This document shows, one piece after another, positions 44,360 to 58,502 of a DNA stretch of 64,000 nucleotides. A model generated the notes under the pieces. That model was given only the letters and a program-made list of their open reading frames with translations, searched no databases and was not told the DNA's origin. Position numbers and translations under genes: made by a program. This stretch comes from Eledone cirrhosa (lineage: Eukaryota), in the NCBI GenBank assembly GCA_964016885.1, contig OZ024761.1, forward strand, positions 25,668,001 through 25,732,000. Direction: 5' to 3'. Every line of letters begins with the position of its first letter. Position 1 is the first letter of the stretch.

Positions 44360-45210
44360 TTGAACAATTCATATACTGACCAAGATACTCTCGTGGAATA
44401 ACTAAATGAGGTTTATTTTCCAACATACTCTCCAGAAATGAAACAATGTAGTTATTATCACGAAGGGGCGGTGGATTGCCAGTATCGGTAGAGGGTCGGA
44501 CGGCATGCTTTTGCGCATAGATTTACAGCCCTTGCCATTCTGTGTTCAAATCCCGCCGATGTTAACTTTGCCTTTCATCCTTACGGGGTCGATAAAATAA
44601 AGTACCAGTAACGCACTGGGTATTTGTTGGCCTTGTGTCAAAAGTAGAAACAATTATTACGAAGAACTGAAATAGGCTGAGCAAGCCTATTGAGCAAGCC
44701 TTCTACTGACCAAGATACTCTCATGGAATGACCAAATGAGGGTTATTTTTCAAAATAATACTGAGCAAGCCTTCTACTGACCAAGATACTCTCATGGAAT
44801 GACCAAATGAGGGTTATTTTTCAAAATAATCCTTGGAATAAAGCAATGTGTTTACTAATACGAAGAATTGAAATAGGCAGAATAATTCATAGGCTGACCA
44901 AGATACTCTCATGGAATAACTAAGGAAGTTTCCTTTTCAACATAGTCATTGGAAAGAAAGAATGTGGTTATTAATACGAAGAATTTAAATCGGTTGAGCG
45001 ATTCTTATACTGATAATGGAATGACCAAATGAGGTTTACTTTTCAACATACTGACTGGAAAGAAACAATGTAGTTATTAACACGAATAATTGAAAGATGC
45101 TGAACAACAATTCATAGCCTGACCAAGATGCTCCCATTGAATGACTAAATGAGGTTTATTTTTCAACATTGCTTCTTTCCAAGGACTATGTGGTTAGTGG
45201 TTAACACGAA
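44360..45210. repeat. Diverged tandem repeat of about 115-120 bp, interrupted by a SINE
   Basis: ctgaccaagatactctcatggaat...aaatgagg...ttttcaa recurs 6 times. Includes a perfect duplication of about 70 bp (units starting near 44691 and 44762). Confidence 0.9.
44466..44659 (+). mobile_element. Deu/Nin SINE inserted in the tandem repeat
   Basis: Full length; acgaag is duplicated on both sides. Confidence 0.92.
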
Positions 45211-45300
45211 AACAGTGAATTACTCAAACAACTTGTATGTGGAAGAAATAAATATGTATAATACTGCGAAAGACTAATTCTCTCTCATATATATATATAT

Positions 45301-45460
45301 GCCCGCCCCTTCTATCTATCTTAGTTCTCATTCTTTCTTCTGATGAAGGACTAGCGTCCGAAACGTTAAAACCCTCTCCTTGCTATTTCAACCGTGAACC
45401 TAATATATTCCTTCCATATACTGTACCGATTGTGTTGTTATTTCTGTTTATCTTTTACAC
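45301..45460 (+). mobile_element. PLE-like terminus, family D, with a minimal hammerhead (45336-45371)
   Basis: tctt CTGATGAA GGAC tagc GTCC GAAAC GTT aaaa. Homologous to the reverse complement of 18922-19054. Confidence 0.8.
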
Positions 45461-45469
45461 AAACATAAG

Positions 45470-45705
45470 ATTGGGAATATGGAAGATGATGTGGTCGAGA
45501 GGAAGAGCAAAGCCTGGGCGGCGTGTCACAGCTTGAGATCGTTTTGGCTGCCGGCCTTTGCTTCTCTTACCAGAACAGCATTCCTTCCAGGTATAACCTA
45601 CTCACACCACGAGTTGATCTGTTTATGTGGCCGTATAGTTTAAGTACACTTGCACTGACAACTGATGTGATTGATCTAAGTTTGGTGATGATGAACAGCT
45701 CATTG
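45470..45705 (+). pseudogene. RTE-clade LINE ORF fragment (region downstream of the RT domain)
   Basis: IGNMEDDVVERKSKAWAACHSLRSFW resembles the RTE motif D...R..KAW.A...L..IW. Confidence 0.55.
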
Positions 45706-45729
45706 ATACAGCTACGGTCGCTGAGCCAC

Positions 45730-46160
45730 TTACCAGTCATATGTGCGTCAGTGTTACTTTAGTTTATCGACCTACTATGGATGAAAGACAAATATAACCT
45801 CGGTGGGATTTGAACTCAGAACTTATAGATACATAACTCCAAGCTATAACGCAAGTTGTCAGACCCTCTATCGATATTGCTATACTACCAGCCTGTTACA
45901 TTATTGGAAAAATGTCTATCAGCCGTGCAAGGCTAATACTAATGTCTTCCGATTTATGCACAAGGGGAAACATTTTGGGGAATGAGATTGTCAATGGGGT
46001 CGATTTACGACACTAGTGCATTACTGGTATTTTAATTTATCGACCTCGTAAGCATGAAAGGCAATGCTAACCTCGGTGGGATTTGAACTCGGAACGAAAA
46101 GGGACGTAACTATATGCCACAAAATATGTTAACCCACGCCCTACCGGTTCTATCAATCAA
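45730..46160 (-). mobile_element. Two diverged Deu/Nin SINE copies (about 45730-45880 and 45945-46160)
   Basis: ttatcgacc...atgaaag...aacctcggtgggatttgaactc occurs twice. Confidence 0.8.
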
Positions 46161-46679
46161 GGCCACTTTTATCTCACTATAACAGAATGTAATTCGCAAG
46201 ATATTTTGCTGTTATTTTCGGAAGCTTTTCAATCCTATTAACTCGAGCTCTCTGCTGATTAACTCTTCTGTATTGCACACGCGCTGAGTGGTTTGTCCTG
46301 TACTAGGGAAAAGTTTTCTATTTCGTTTTTTTGGTTTTTATTTATTTTATTTTTTAAAATCTAGCTTTCTCTGCGAAAGAAATGTCACGAGAATTACACT
46401 GGTGTGTCTAGACAAAAAGATGATTTTTTTATGTCTCTCTTGTGTTAAACAACAGAAGAACTGGAAATAAACCGTATCCTAATGGTACTCAGTAATCAGT
46501 ATAAAAATAAACCAGTCTTTTACAAGCAGTCTTCTATAAGAACACGAGATCTACGAAGCAGTTATACCAAATTCCACAGTGTCCCATCAGTTAAAGTGTC
46601 TGTTCAACAGTCGTTATAATCAGGTACCAATTCTAGTGACTGCCAAAATATATTTCTGCTTAAAATAACATAAATCACA

Positions 46680-47290
46680 CTCGCACACACTTTGCATAAA
46701 CACACAAACACTCCCTACTACATAAATGAACTAACACACACACACAAACACATGAACACAGACACACACGAACAAACAGACACACACACACACACACACA
46801 CACATGAACACAGATTCACACGAACAAACACACACACACACACAGACAGACTTGCGTGTACACACTAACTATGTTTCTGTTAATAATCCCATGAAACCCA
46901 CACGAACATACTCAGTGTCATAAACACACATACACAAACAAAACTCACACATACAAGTACACACATATTGACACATACTGAGACACACACGCGCTCGTAC
47001 ACACAACCCCATACATGGAAATACACACAACATATACACATACTTATATGCTCAAGCACGCAGACGCACACAATCATTCCCGCATACAGGTACACAGTAA
47101 CCTGCAAGCTCACGTACACAGACTCACACAATCATTCCCACATACAGGTACACGATAACATGCAAGCACACACATACAATCACACATAAACACACAGATG
47201 CTCACATACACCCACAAAGACAGTCACATACACATATTATCCTACACAAACGCACACACTTGCACACAATCACAAAAATATAAACATGCT
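46680..47290. repeat. CA-rich low-complexity tract
   Basis: Seen directly in the sequence. Confidence 0.85.
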
Positions 47291-47476
47291 CACATCGATA
47301 ATATTGATTCCTGTACTTATTTTATAAAACGCCCGGTCCTTATTTAATCGATATCGATTTTATATCACACCTTTCCCCATTTTGATTTGGATAAACGTCG
47401 TAAAAGTTCGATACTGGAGTCGATTCATCTACATCACTTTCACTCACATTTATCTCTACTAAGCAACCCATACACC

Positions 47477-47764
47477 CAAGGGCCTTGTTTAAGGGGGGGT
47501 ACCAGGGGACAAGTCCCCCCGCGCCTCACTTTTTCAAACGTCTATATTTTATTTGTTGTTCATTTGATATAATAAATTCTTTTTAAGTTTAATTTTTGAT
47601 ACCTGAATTTCATTTGAATATATAAAATTTAATTAGCGGAAAATGTTACTTATGTTATAGGGTCCGGGAAAGTTAATATAAGCAATACTTACATGCATGC
47701 TCCTTTAAGAATCTACAAATGTTGGTCTGTCCCCCTTACATGTTTAAGGCAAACAAGGCGCCTG
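47477..47764. mobile_element. hAT-superfamily MITE (288 bp)
   Basis: Perfect 8-bp TSD catacacc (47469-47476 and 47765-47772). TIRs CAAGGGCCTTGTTT and reverse complement CAGGCGCCTTGTTT (12/14). Confidence 0.85.
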
Positions 47765-48626
47765 CATACACCACAACTTGTTCTCCCCCAACTCTCGCTC
47801 TCTGTTTATAAATCTTTCTCTGTGTAGAGAGGGATATACTCTGAGCAGAGATAAATGCTTGAGACAGGTAAAATCTCATGAGGCTATCTCTACGACTCCG
47901 ACAAGAGTTATGGGCTCTAGACATAGCCATATTGTGACAGAATCAAACTTCGAAGAAAAAGATATAACTTTCCAGAAATTATGATCTCTTCTTCTTCGCC
48001 CACATATTCCTGAGAGGGGCGTGAAAATATGATGACTATTAAAATACTTTCGTTAAACATAATATATTATATTATATATTTGTGTAGAAATCTTCAGATG
48101 ATAGATCAACGAATACAGTGCTCAATCCGTTGCATGAGATCTTATTTAGTAAAATAAAGTTTTATACATTTAACATGTATGAGCTGCAATTGATTTTCTC
48201 CAGCACTGTATATTCGAGAAGGTATTTGTAAACAGCCCCTTGATTCGGGCCAGTTTAAAAGTACCTCCTCGCATATACGGTGATGGCTATAACTTGACAC
48301 GGAAACCCATTGGTAGCACATACATAAGTGTATGATACTTTGTTTATACTATGTATATATAGAGAGAGACAATGAGGCATGGTAAGAAATGCAGCCTCGT
48401 TCGTCTCAAAAACAAAAACAGTTTTTCTCTGCTTGTTTCATTAAAGTTTGCCACGATTCCGTTGGTATACATCTACTACGTAATTTACACCTGAAAATGT
48501 CACAAGGTTCTTACGCACCCTGGCCACTGAAGCGTGTATAGTGTTTTCAGAAATAAATAATTAAGGAAATTCAACATGTTTGGCCTCCTCTAATTTCACT
48601 TTATAATATATATATATATATATATA

Positions 48627-48869
48627 ATTACAATTTAAAAATTAAAACATATATGATCAACACTACTGTGTATTTTCTTTTTGCAAAATGACAATAATTT
48701 TTTAGCCAGATAGAAATACCTTAATTCAAGTACATATAGTCCGTCTGTATCGATCATCTAGAGAATTTTAAATATTAAATCTATACTTACAGACGTAAAA
48801 TTTCATTTTGCAAAAAAAAAAAAAACACAGTAGTGTTGATCATATATTTTTTAATTTTTAAATTGTAAT
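48627..48869. repeat. Inverted repeat with arms of about 65 bp, embedded between (TA)n tracts
   Basis: attacaatttaaaaattaaaa.atatatgatcaacactactgtgt...ttgcaaaatga and its reverse complement at 48803-48869. Confidence 0.85.
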
Positions 48870-48926
48870 ATAATGCTCAGAAGTATTTTTCTTAGAGCTT
48901 AATATTTGTAACTGACTACTAAACTG

Positions 48927-48965
<39 letters not shown>

Positions 48966-49095
48966 CAAGGTTGATTATATATGTTCTGGCTCGTTAATTT
49001 ATTAACCTGCCATTGAACCACATTGGCATTTGGTTGGACAATACATGTGTCCCTTAGCGCCTTGTGCGTGAAGGAAAACATATCCTATTATATAT

Positions 49096-49127
<32 letters not shown>

Positions 49128-49228
49128 GAAAAGACATTTTTACATTTTGAATGTTCTCCATAAGGCATTGTTTAGGTTTCTAAATTTAAATTTGCTTTTC
49201 CTATTCAACAATGCTTCAAGCAAACTAT

Positions 49229-49325
<97 letters not shown>

Positions 49326-49400
49326 AATATTTATATATATAAATGGAAAAAATAGAATTTCATTTCTCACTCTTAGTACGGCTGATACTTAAATATAATT

Positions 49401-49790
49401 ATGTATACGTACATACATATATGTGTGTACGTACACATATATATGTGTGCATGTATGTATATACATACTACTCTACGTATGCATACATATATGTGTGTAC
49501 GTACACATATATATGTGTGCATGTATGTATATACATACTACTCTACGTATGTATACATATATGTGTGTACGTACACATGTATAGGTGTGCATGTATGTAT
49601 ATACATACTACTCTACGTATGTATACATATATGTGAGTACGTACACATATATATGTGTGCATGTATGTATATACATACTACTCTACGTATGTATATATAT
49701 ATGTGTGTACGTACACATATATATGTGTGCATGTATGTATATACATACTACTCTACGTATGTATACATATATGTGTGTACGTATACATAC
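49401..49790. repeat. 70-bp minisatellite, about 5.5 copies
   Basis: atgtg(t/a)gtac recurs at 49421, 49491, 49561, 49631, 49701 and 49771. Confidence 0.95.
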
Positions 49791-49804
49791 TTATATTTAA
49801 ATGT

Positions 49805-50075
49805 TTAAGGTCAGTAATTTGAAGGGTAAAGTTGATTAAATCGACTCCTGTGCGTGACTGGTACTTCATTTATCGACCCCGTATAATAGTAAAAATAATG
49901 ATTTCTTGTATAAACACAAGGCCAGCAATTATTCCAGTGCATTACTGGTACTTCATTTTATCGACCTCGTGAGAATGAAAGGCAAAGTTAACCTCGCTGG
50001 ATTTGTACTTGAGAACATAAAGGGCCATAACTCTTTGCTGGAACGCATGGTGTCTGCTGCTCTCCTGATTGTATT
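49805..50075 (-). mobile_element. Two Deu/Nin SINE fragments (49805-49882 and 49905-50075)
   Basis: Reverse complement of the family consensus. Confidence 0.8.
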
Positions 50076-50440
50076 AAATAGTGACTATAAGTATTGATCG
50101 TGAAAATCAGGTAAATTTGCCAGGGGATCGGATAATGTTTGGACAAAGCCACCTTGACTAAACGAATCCCAACTCTCATATATTGTTCTGTATTTCATGC
50201 AGATATAATTACCACTTGCTTGATATCAGTTTATCAGAATATACATTAAGTTAGCAAACAGAATATAGGAATACAAATATAAAAAAGATTTAAATATTAC
50301 TAAAAAAAAAAAATAATAATAATAAATTTATACAGAATCACAAAGGAATCAGAAAAGGAAACGTAATGTGTCCTGTGTCATTGTCGTTTGAAAACTAAGA
50401 TAGCGCCTGGTAATATTACATCTCTATATATTATATCTAT

Positions 50441-50612
50441 ATACATGGAATATTGAATCTCAGCAAACTATGGCGTTTATCAATTACCAATTCTCCCCCC
50501 TTCTTTCCAAATACCACTTGAGGCCAATCAATAATCATGAATCAGTGTAAAATAGCCTCATTATGGAATATATTAAGAACCGGTGTCACGAAAGAATTGA
50601 GCGAAAATGTGA
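50441..50612. repeat. Dispersed structured repeat, copy 1 (copy 2 at 56228-56395)
   Basis: Shared aatctcagca..ctatgg.gtttatcaattacc.attct...tgaggc.aatc...gtgtaaaatagcctcatt...aagaac.ggtgtcacg..agaattg. Confidence 0.85.
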
Positions 50613-50911
50613 GGAACACATACAGAGAGAAAGAGGTAGAAAATACATGTTTTACAGCTTCTGGCCTAAGTGTACAAGAGGAAAGAATTAGATGAGTGTA
50701 GAGGTACATATTTATTTTGTTAATATACAAGTGGATGTATGTAAATATATATATTTCTATACTTATTTATACATACATTGTATAGTAATATAGGTAGGTG
50801 AATTGCTAGGTAGATAGGCAGACATGAAGTGATAAACATCGTTCAAGAGATAGAGATATACCGATAAATATATACAATTAATTTTTACATTATACATACA
50901 CACACATTATG

Positions 50912-50944
<33 letters not shown>

Positions 50945-51379
50945 ATATATATATATATATTTATGTATATGTGTGTGTACGTGTGCGTGTGTATATGTGT
51001 GCTCGTGCACTAATGAGATCAACGTGGGAATACACATCACGTCGTCTTACTAGATATAATAATACCGGAAGAACAAAAATGACGTGGATCACAAATGGCA
51101 AGATTGTAGCATCTATAATGACAGTCAGACTGCTGAAAACAGCAGCTAAATGACCATTACTTCACACCGTAGTTGCTGATTAAATCAGAAAGATGAGAAA
51201 ACAAACAAAAATAAAAAAAAAAACGAAGGACTTTTCATAATAACGTTACGATAGAAAGACCATAGTAAAATGTGTCTAAAATATGGTATAAACCCAACAG
51301 AAACCTCATTGATTTTAGGGCTGCTTCTCTGATATTGGGTTACGTAAGCCGAGTTTAGGAGGATGAGTGGTCTGTGTTT

Positions 51380-51510
51380 GATTTGTCGAAATTGGAGGGT
51401 GAGTACTGTTTGGTTTCAGACGACACACGTGTACAAGTTACTGTTCTTATAAAGGTGTTCGCTGAGTTTTAGTAGACTAATTTGGGCAATAAAGGTATTA
51501 TTTACACACA
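51380..51510 (-). pseudogene. Possible C-terminal tail of a PLE endonuclease ORF (frameshifted)
   Basis: Allowing frameshifts, it reads L.KNS(E)LVHVCR..KQYSPSNFDK, resembling LNKRSEL...CRH..K..L.NF. Confidence 0.4.
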
Positions 51511-51519
51511 TATATATAT

Positions 51520-51690
51520 ATGGAGAAACATCATATACAAATATACTATCGAATCGGGTAGCCAGAAGTGGTACTATGTGGAGTCTACAGCTACCTCCTT
51601 CAAATCTCGCCTTTATAGACATCGTTACTCGATAAAACATGAAAACCAGTGTTATGTAACAACAGTCGCAGGCAAGGCTTGGCAGCACTT
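51520..51690 (+). pseudogene. N-terminal half of a PLE GIY-YIG endonuclease
   Basis: NIIYKYTIESGSQKWYYVESTATSFKSRLYRHRYSIKHENQCYVTTVAGKAWQ follows the IY...YVG.T...FK.R..NH..SF.H.....T.L....W pattern. Confidence 0.78.
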
Positions 51691-51739
51691 TCATTTTATA
51701 TTCATCTTTTCTATATGGAGATATATATGGAGATATAAT

Positions 51740-52815
51740 AGTTTCTGAGTTATCAACAAGGCCAACGAGTATCCAAGAGCGGAAAGTCGAGTATATCAAC
51801 TCCAGTAGGTTACTGGTATTATATTTTATTATCAACGACCCCTAAAGCATGCAAGACTGAGCTAAAATCGGATAGATTTGAACTGAGAAAGGAAAAGTCA
51901 GTAACTAGACACTGCAATGCATGTTGTGCGATTCTCTACAGATTAAAGCGAATACACTGCATTTAGATCAGAAATAATTGTTTCTTTCTATATTTGGCAC
52001 AAGGCCAGCAAATACCCAGTGCATCACTGGTACTTTATTTTATCGACCCGGTAAGGATGAAAGGCAAAGTTAAGCTCAGTGGGATTTGAACTCAGAACGT
52101 GAAGGTGTCATAACTATGCTGCAAAGCATGGCGTCTAACGCTCTACCAATACTGCCAAAATAATAATAATTACTTATTTTGGCACAAGGCCAGGAATTGG
52201 GGGAAGGGAAAAGTCGATCAAATCGACCCCATTGCGTGAGTGATACTTTATTTTATCGACCCTGTAAGGATGAAAGGCAAAGCTAACTTCGGCGGGATTT
52301 GAACTCAGAACGTAAATGGCCCTGAACGTATGCTGCTTTTCTCGTTGGCCGTCACTCTACAGATAAGGGAAAATAATTGTTTCTACGTTTGGCACAAGGC
52401 CAGCAATTTCCCAGTGTATTACTGGTACTTTATTTTATCGACCCCGTAAGGATGAAAGGCAAAGTTAACCTCGGCGGAATTTGAACTCAGAATGGCAAGG
52501 TCCGTAATTCTAAGCTGCAAAGCATGGTGTCTGGCGATCTACCGATTCTGCCAATCCAACGCCCTGATAAGGGAAAATAATTGTTTCTACTTTACGCACA
52601 AGGCCATCAATTAGCCAGTGTATTACTGGTACTTTATTTTATCGACCCCGTAAGGATGAACGGCAAAGTCAACCTCGGCGGGAATTGAACTCAGAATGGC
52701 AAGGACCGTAACTCTATGCGTCAAAGCATGGCGTCCGACCCTCTACCGATTCTGCCAATCCAACGCCCTGATAAGGGAAAATAATAAGAATTGTTTCTAC
52801 TTTTGACACGAGCCA
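51740..52815 (-). mobile_element. Head-to-tail cluster of Deu/Nin SINEs (about 51740-51960, 51973-52158, 52172-52362, 52372-52564, 52577-52768, plus a stub at 52787-52815)
   Basis: Five bodies and a stub, all in the same orientation. Confidence 0.92.
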
Positions 52816-53284
52816 AGATATAATGAATATATGAGAAAACAAATACAAACAAAATTTTCTTTATCATACTTCTTGTAAAAATATCACAGCTTGTGATTTT
52901 CAAATAATTTTCAAAATAGTCAAGCACTTGCAGGGATTTAGGAACAATACTTAACTTTTATTTTGTTAAGATGGCGTTTGAAACATACCTTAAGATATGT
53001 TCTTACGTAAATTAAAATGGAATTATTTTTCGATAAATATAAACGATTTAACATACGATGAAATATGAAAGAGGAGCAAGCGCGCTTTGAGGCAGTTTTG
53101 AATCAAATGTGATAATCATTAAAATGGAGGAAGTGTGGTTTATTTAGTAAAGGAATATTAAATATTATCGGTTAAATGAAAATAATAACTAGGCAGAGTT
53201 GAAAATTATGGAGCCTTAAGAATTAGAGTTTTCAATGGAATACAAATAATGGAAGATTGTAGGAATAGTAAAGAACCCATATAA

Positions 53285-53353
53285 TATATATATATATATC
53301 AACATATATATATATAAATATATATATATATAAATATATATATAAATAAATAA

Positions 53354-53384
<31 letters not shown>

Positions 53385-53855
53385 AATATATATATAAATA
53401 AATATATATATAAATATATATATAAATATATATATATATGAATATATATAAATATATATATATATATATCAATATATATATATATATATATATATATATC
53501 AATATATATATATCAATATATGTATATATCAATATATATCAATATATATATATATATATATATATATATCAATATATATATATCAATATATATATCAATA
53601 TATATATATCAATATATATATATATCAATATATATATATATATATATATATCAATATATATATATATATATATCAATATATATATCAATATATATATATA
53701 TATATATCAATATATATATCTATATATATATATATCAATATATATATATATATATATCAATATATATATATATATATATATATATCAATATATATATATA
53801 TATATATCAATATATATATATATATATATATATATCAATATATATATATATATAT

Positions 53856-53915
<60 letters not shown>

Positions 53916-54007
53916 ATATATATATATATATATATATATCAATATATATATATATATATCAATATATATATATATATATCAATATATATATATATATATA
54001 TATATAA

Positions 54008-54040
<33 letters not shown>

Positions 54041-54041
54041 A

Positions 54042-54073
<32 letters not shown>

Positions 54074-54158
54074 CAATATATATATATATATATATCAATA
54101 TATATATATATATACATACATATATCAATATATATATATATATAAATATATATATATA

Positions 54159-54198
<40 letters not shown>

Positions 54199-54244
54199 CA
54201 TACATATATGCACATATATATATATATATATACATACATATATG

Positions 54245-54287
<43 letters not shown>

Positions 54288-54330
54288 GTATATACATATA
54301 TATATATATATATATATGTATATAAATATA
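53285..54330. repeat. (TA)n satellite punctuated by TCAA
   Basis: Seen directly in the sequence. Confidence 0.97.
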
Positions 54331-54920
54331 TGTCGACTACGACCACTAACAACAATAATAATAATAATAATAATAGAAGTGATGTTGATGGGTACTAGAA
54401 AATGCTATTTTCATCATTTCTAAAAATAGCAAAATAATTGATGCTTTGGATAGGATCAATTAGTGGTCGTTAGACATGCTCAACTAACCGTGACGCCTAA
54501 ACCAATCAGCTTTAGTAATTCAGTGAAACTACACACCGATTGGTCGAAATAGAGTGTGCAAGATTTAGCATTCTAGAGCCACTTTTTACCCATCTCATTA
54601 CAGTTGAAAATTGCAAACTTGACTATCACCAAACATTATGAACCCGAATATTGCGAAAGCATGAAAGTAATTGTTCAATTAACACTTAACATTTAATATT
54701 CTATCATACTATTTCATTATAATGCCATTATAAATTTTAAAGGATTGTAAATAAAACGAGTAAATCAGACAAAGTAGGAATTCCTCTTATCAGTATAATC
54801 CTCTATACACAATCATACACACCCGTGTATATTTATCTATCTATATATATACATATATATACATATATACACATATGTATATATGTATATATATATGTGT
54901 CTATATATGTATATATATAT

Positions 54921-55055
54921 ACGTTATTCCGGTTTGAATCGGAGGTAACCACAGTAAGTAAGGTACTCAATACATAGCAGAGTATACAAGTTTTAATATA
55001 GATGAGATTGTACTGGACTAGAACTGTTTCATTCTTTAGAAATCATCAGGAATCT
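54921..55055 (-). mobile_element. PLE-like family C terminus with a hammerhead (55003-55055)
   Basis: Reverse complement of about 19728-19862. Core intact, two stem mismatches, (TA)n flanks. Confidence 0.83.
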
Positions 55056-55712
<657 letters not shown>

Positions 55713-55976
55713 GTACCTGCATAAACCGGTATATATATATATTTATCATCTACCTGAAGGGGGTATCATATATATATTTAACACATGATTATGTCAGAGA
55801 ATATCCTGTTAACAAATAGGAAAGACGAACAAGCATGAAAAGCAAATAACACTCGTTTGTTTGCCAAGATGGCGAATAATATAGCAAGATGGCGCTTTGT
55901 AGAAAACCACCTATAGATACATCATATATACATTTATATATACACATTACACACAGACATATATATGTATGTATCG

Positions 55977-56017
<41 letters not shown>

Positions 56018-56227
56018 TATGCATGTATGTAGATATGTATGTATATATGTATGTATATATAAATGTATATATGTATGTAGATATGTATGTATATAACTAT
56101 ATATGTATGTATATAATTATATATGTATGTATGTATATATAAATGTATATATGTATGAATATATATAAAAATATCTATATAAAAATAAATAAAAATATCT
56201 ATATGAATATATATATATAATACCTAT

Positions 56228-56395
56228 ACACATGGAAACGCAAATCTCAGCAGTCTATGGTGTTTATCAATTACCGATTCTTTCTCCTGCTTTCCAATAA
56301 CACCTGAGGCTAATCTATAATAAGGACTAAGTGTAAAATAGCCTCATTTGGAATATAATAAGAACTGGTGTCACGCTAGAATTGGAGAAAATGTC
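56228..56395. repeat. Dispersed structured repeat, copy 2
   Basis: Homologous to 50441-50612. Confidence 0.85.
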
Positions 56396-56459
56396 ATTTA
56401 TATAGACGCTGTGTTTGTTGCTTTTGGAAGAATATGTATCTATCTATGTGTACACATAC

Positions 56460-56606
56460 ATACATACACATATATATATATATATATATTTGTATGTATA
56501 TATCTGTGTATGTATATATGTTTGTATATATGTATGTATATATATATATGTATGTATATATATATATATATATATAGATATATGTATATAGATATAGATA
56601 TATAGA

Positions 56607-56645
<39 letters not shown>

Positions 56646-56646
56646 A

Positions 56647-56701
<55 letters not shown>

Positions 56702-56709
56702 TATGTATA

Positions 56710-56764
<55 letters not shown>

Positions 56765-56816
56765 TATATATGTATATATGTATATGTATATATATATATA
56801 TGTATATATATATATG

Positions 56817-56901
<85 letters not shown>

Positions 56902-56902
56902 G

Positions 56903-56962
<60 letters not shown>

Positions 56963-56978
56963 GATATATAGATATATG

Positions 56979-57064
<86 letters not shown>

Positions 57065-57394
57065 GATATATATAGATATATAGATATATGTATATATATA
57101 TATATGTATATAGATATATATATATATAGATATATGTATATATATAGATATATGTATATATATATATAGAGATATATGTATATATATATATATATATACA
57201 TATATCTATATATATATATATATACATATATCTATATATATATATACATATATCTATATATATATATATATACATATATCTATATATATACATATATATA
57301 AATATATATATAGATATATGTATATATATATATATATATAGATATATGTATATATATATATATAGAGATATATGTATATATATATATATATAGA

Positions 57395-57449
<55 letters not shown>

Positions 57450-57772
57450 GTATATATATATACATATATATATATACATACATATATATATATATACATA
57501 TATATACATACACATATATACATACATATATATACATATATATATATATATACATGTATATATATATGTATTTGTGTATATATATATATACAAATATATA
57601 TATATATATATACACAAATACATATATATATATATACACAAATACATATATAGGCGTATATATATATATATAAACATACAAATACATAAATATATGTATA
57701 TATATACATATACATAAATATATGTATATATATATACATATATATGTATATGTATATATATATACATATATA

Positions 57773-57828
<56 letters not shown>

Positions 57829-57831
57829 TAA

Positions 57832-57862
<31 letters not shown>

Positions 57863-57995
57863 TAAATATATATATATATATACATATATATATACATATA
57901 TATACATATATACATATACATATATATGTATGTATAAATATATATATATATATATATATATACGCCTATATATATATATCGGCACACACACACAC

Positions 57996-58035
<40 letters not shown>
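56460..58035. repeat. (TA)n-derived satellite
   Basis: Seen directly in the sequence. Confidence 0.97.
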
Positions 58036-58039
<4 letters not shown>

Positions 58040-58456
58040 ATGTATATTTACGTGTTTGTGTGTGTGTCAGCGTGTGGTCTACGTAAGGTATGACTATACA
58101 GACACATTTTTCAGTGAGTTAGGCATAGTATGATAGTGTGAAAAAAGGAAAGAAAGAAAGAACAACATAGAGAGAGGGTGAGAGAGAGGGTGAGAGAGAG
58201 GGTGAGAGAGAGAGAGCCTAAAGTGCGAGGCGGTAGCAAAAGATTATTTGAGAATAAGAAGCATATCCAGTGAAAATTATTTGCTAGGAAAATGTATGTA
58301 TAATGCGTCTGACAACGATATATCATTAACGGATTTATATATATATATATATATATATATTTGTGTGTGTGTGTATAATTGTGTGTGACTGTATATACAT
58401 GTATATACATATTTATATATATATATATATTTGTGTGTGTGTATATAAGTGTTTGT

Positions 58457-58502
<46 letters not shown>

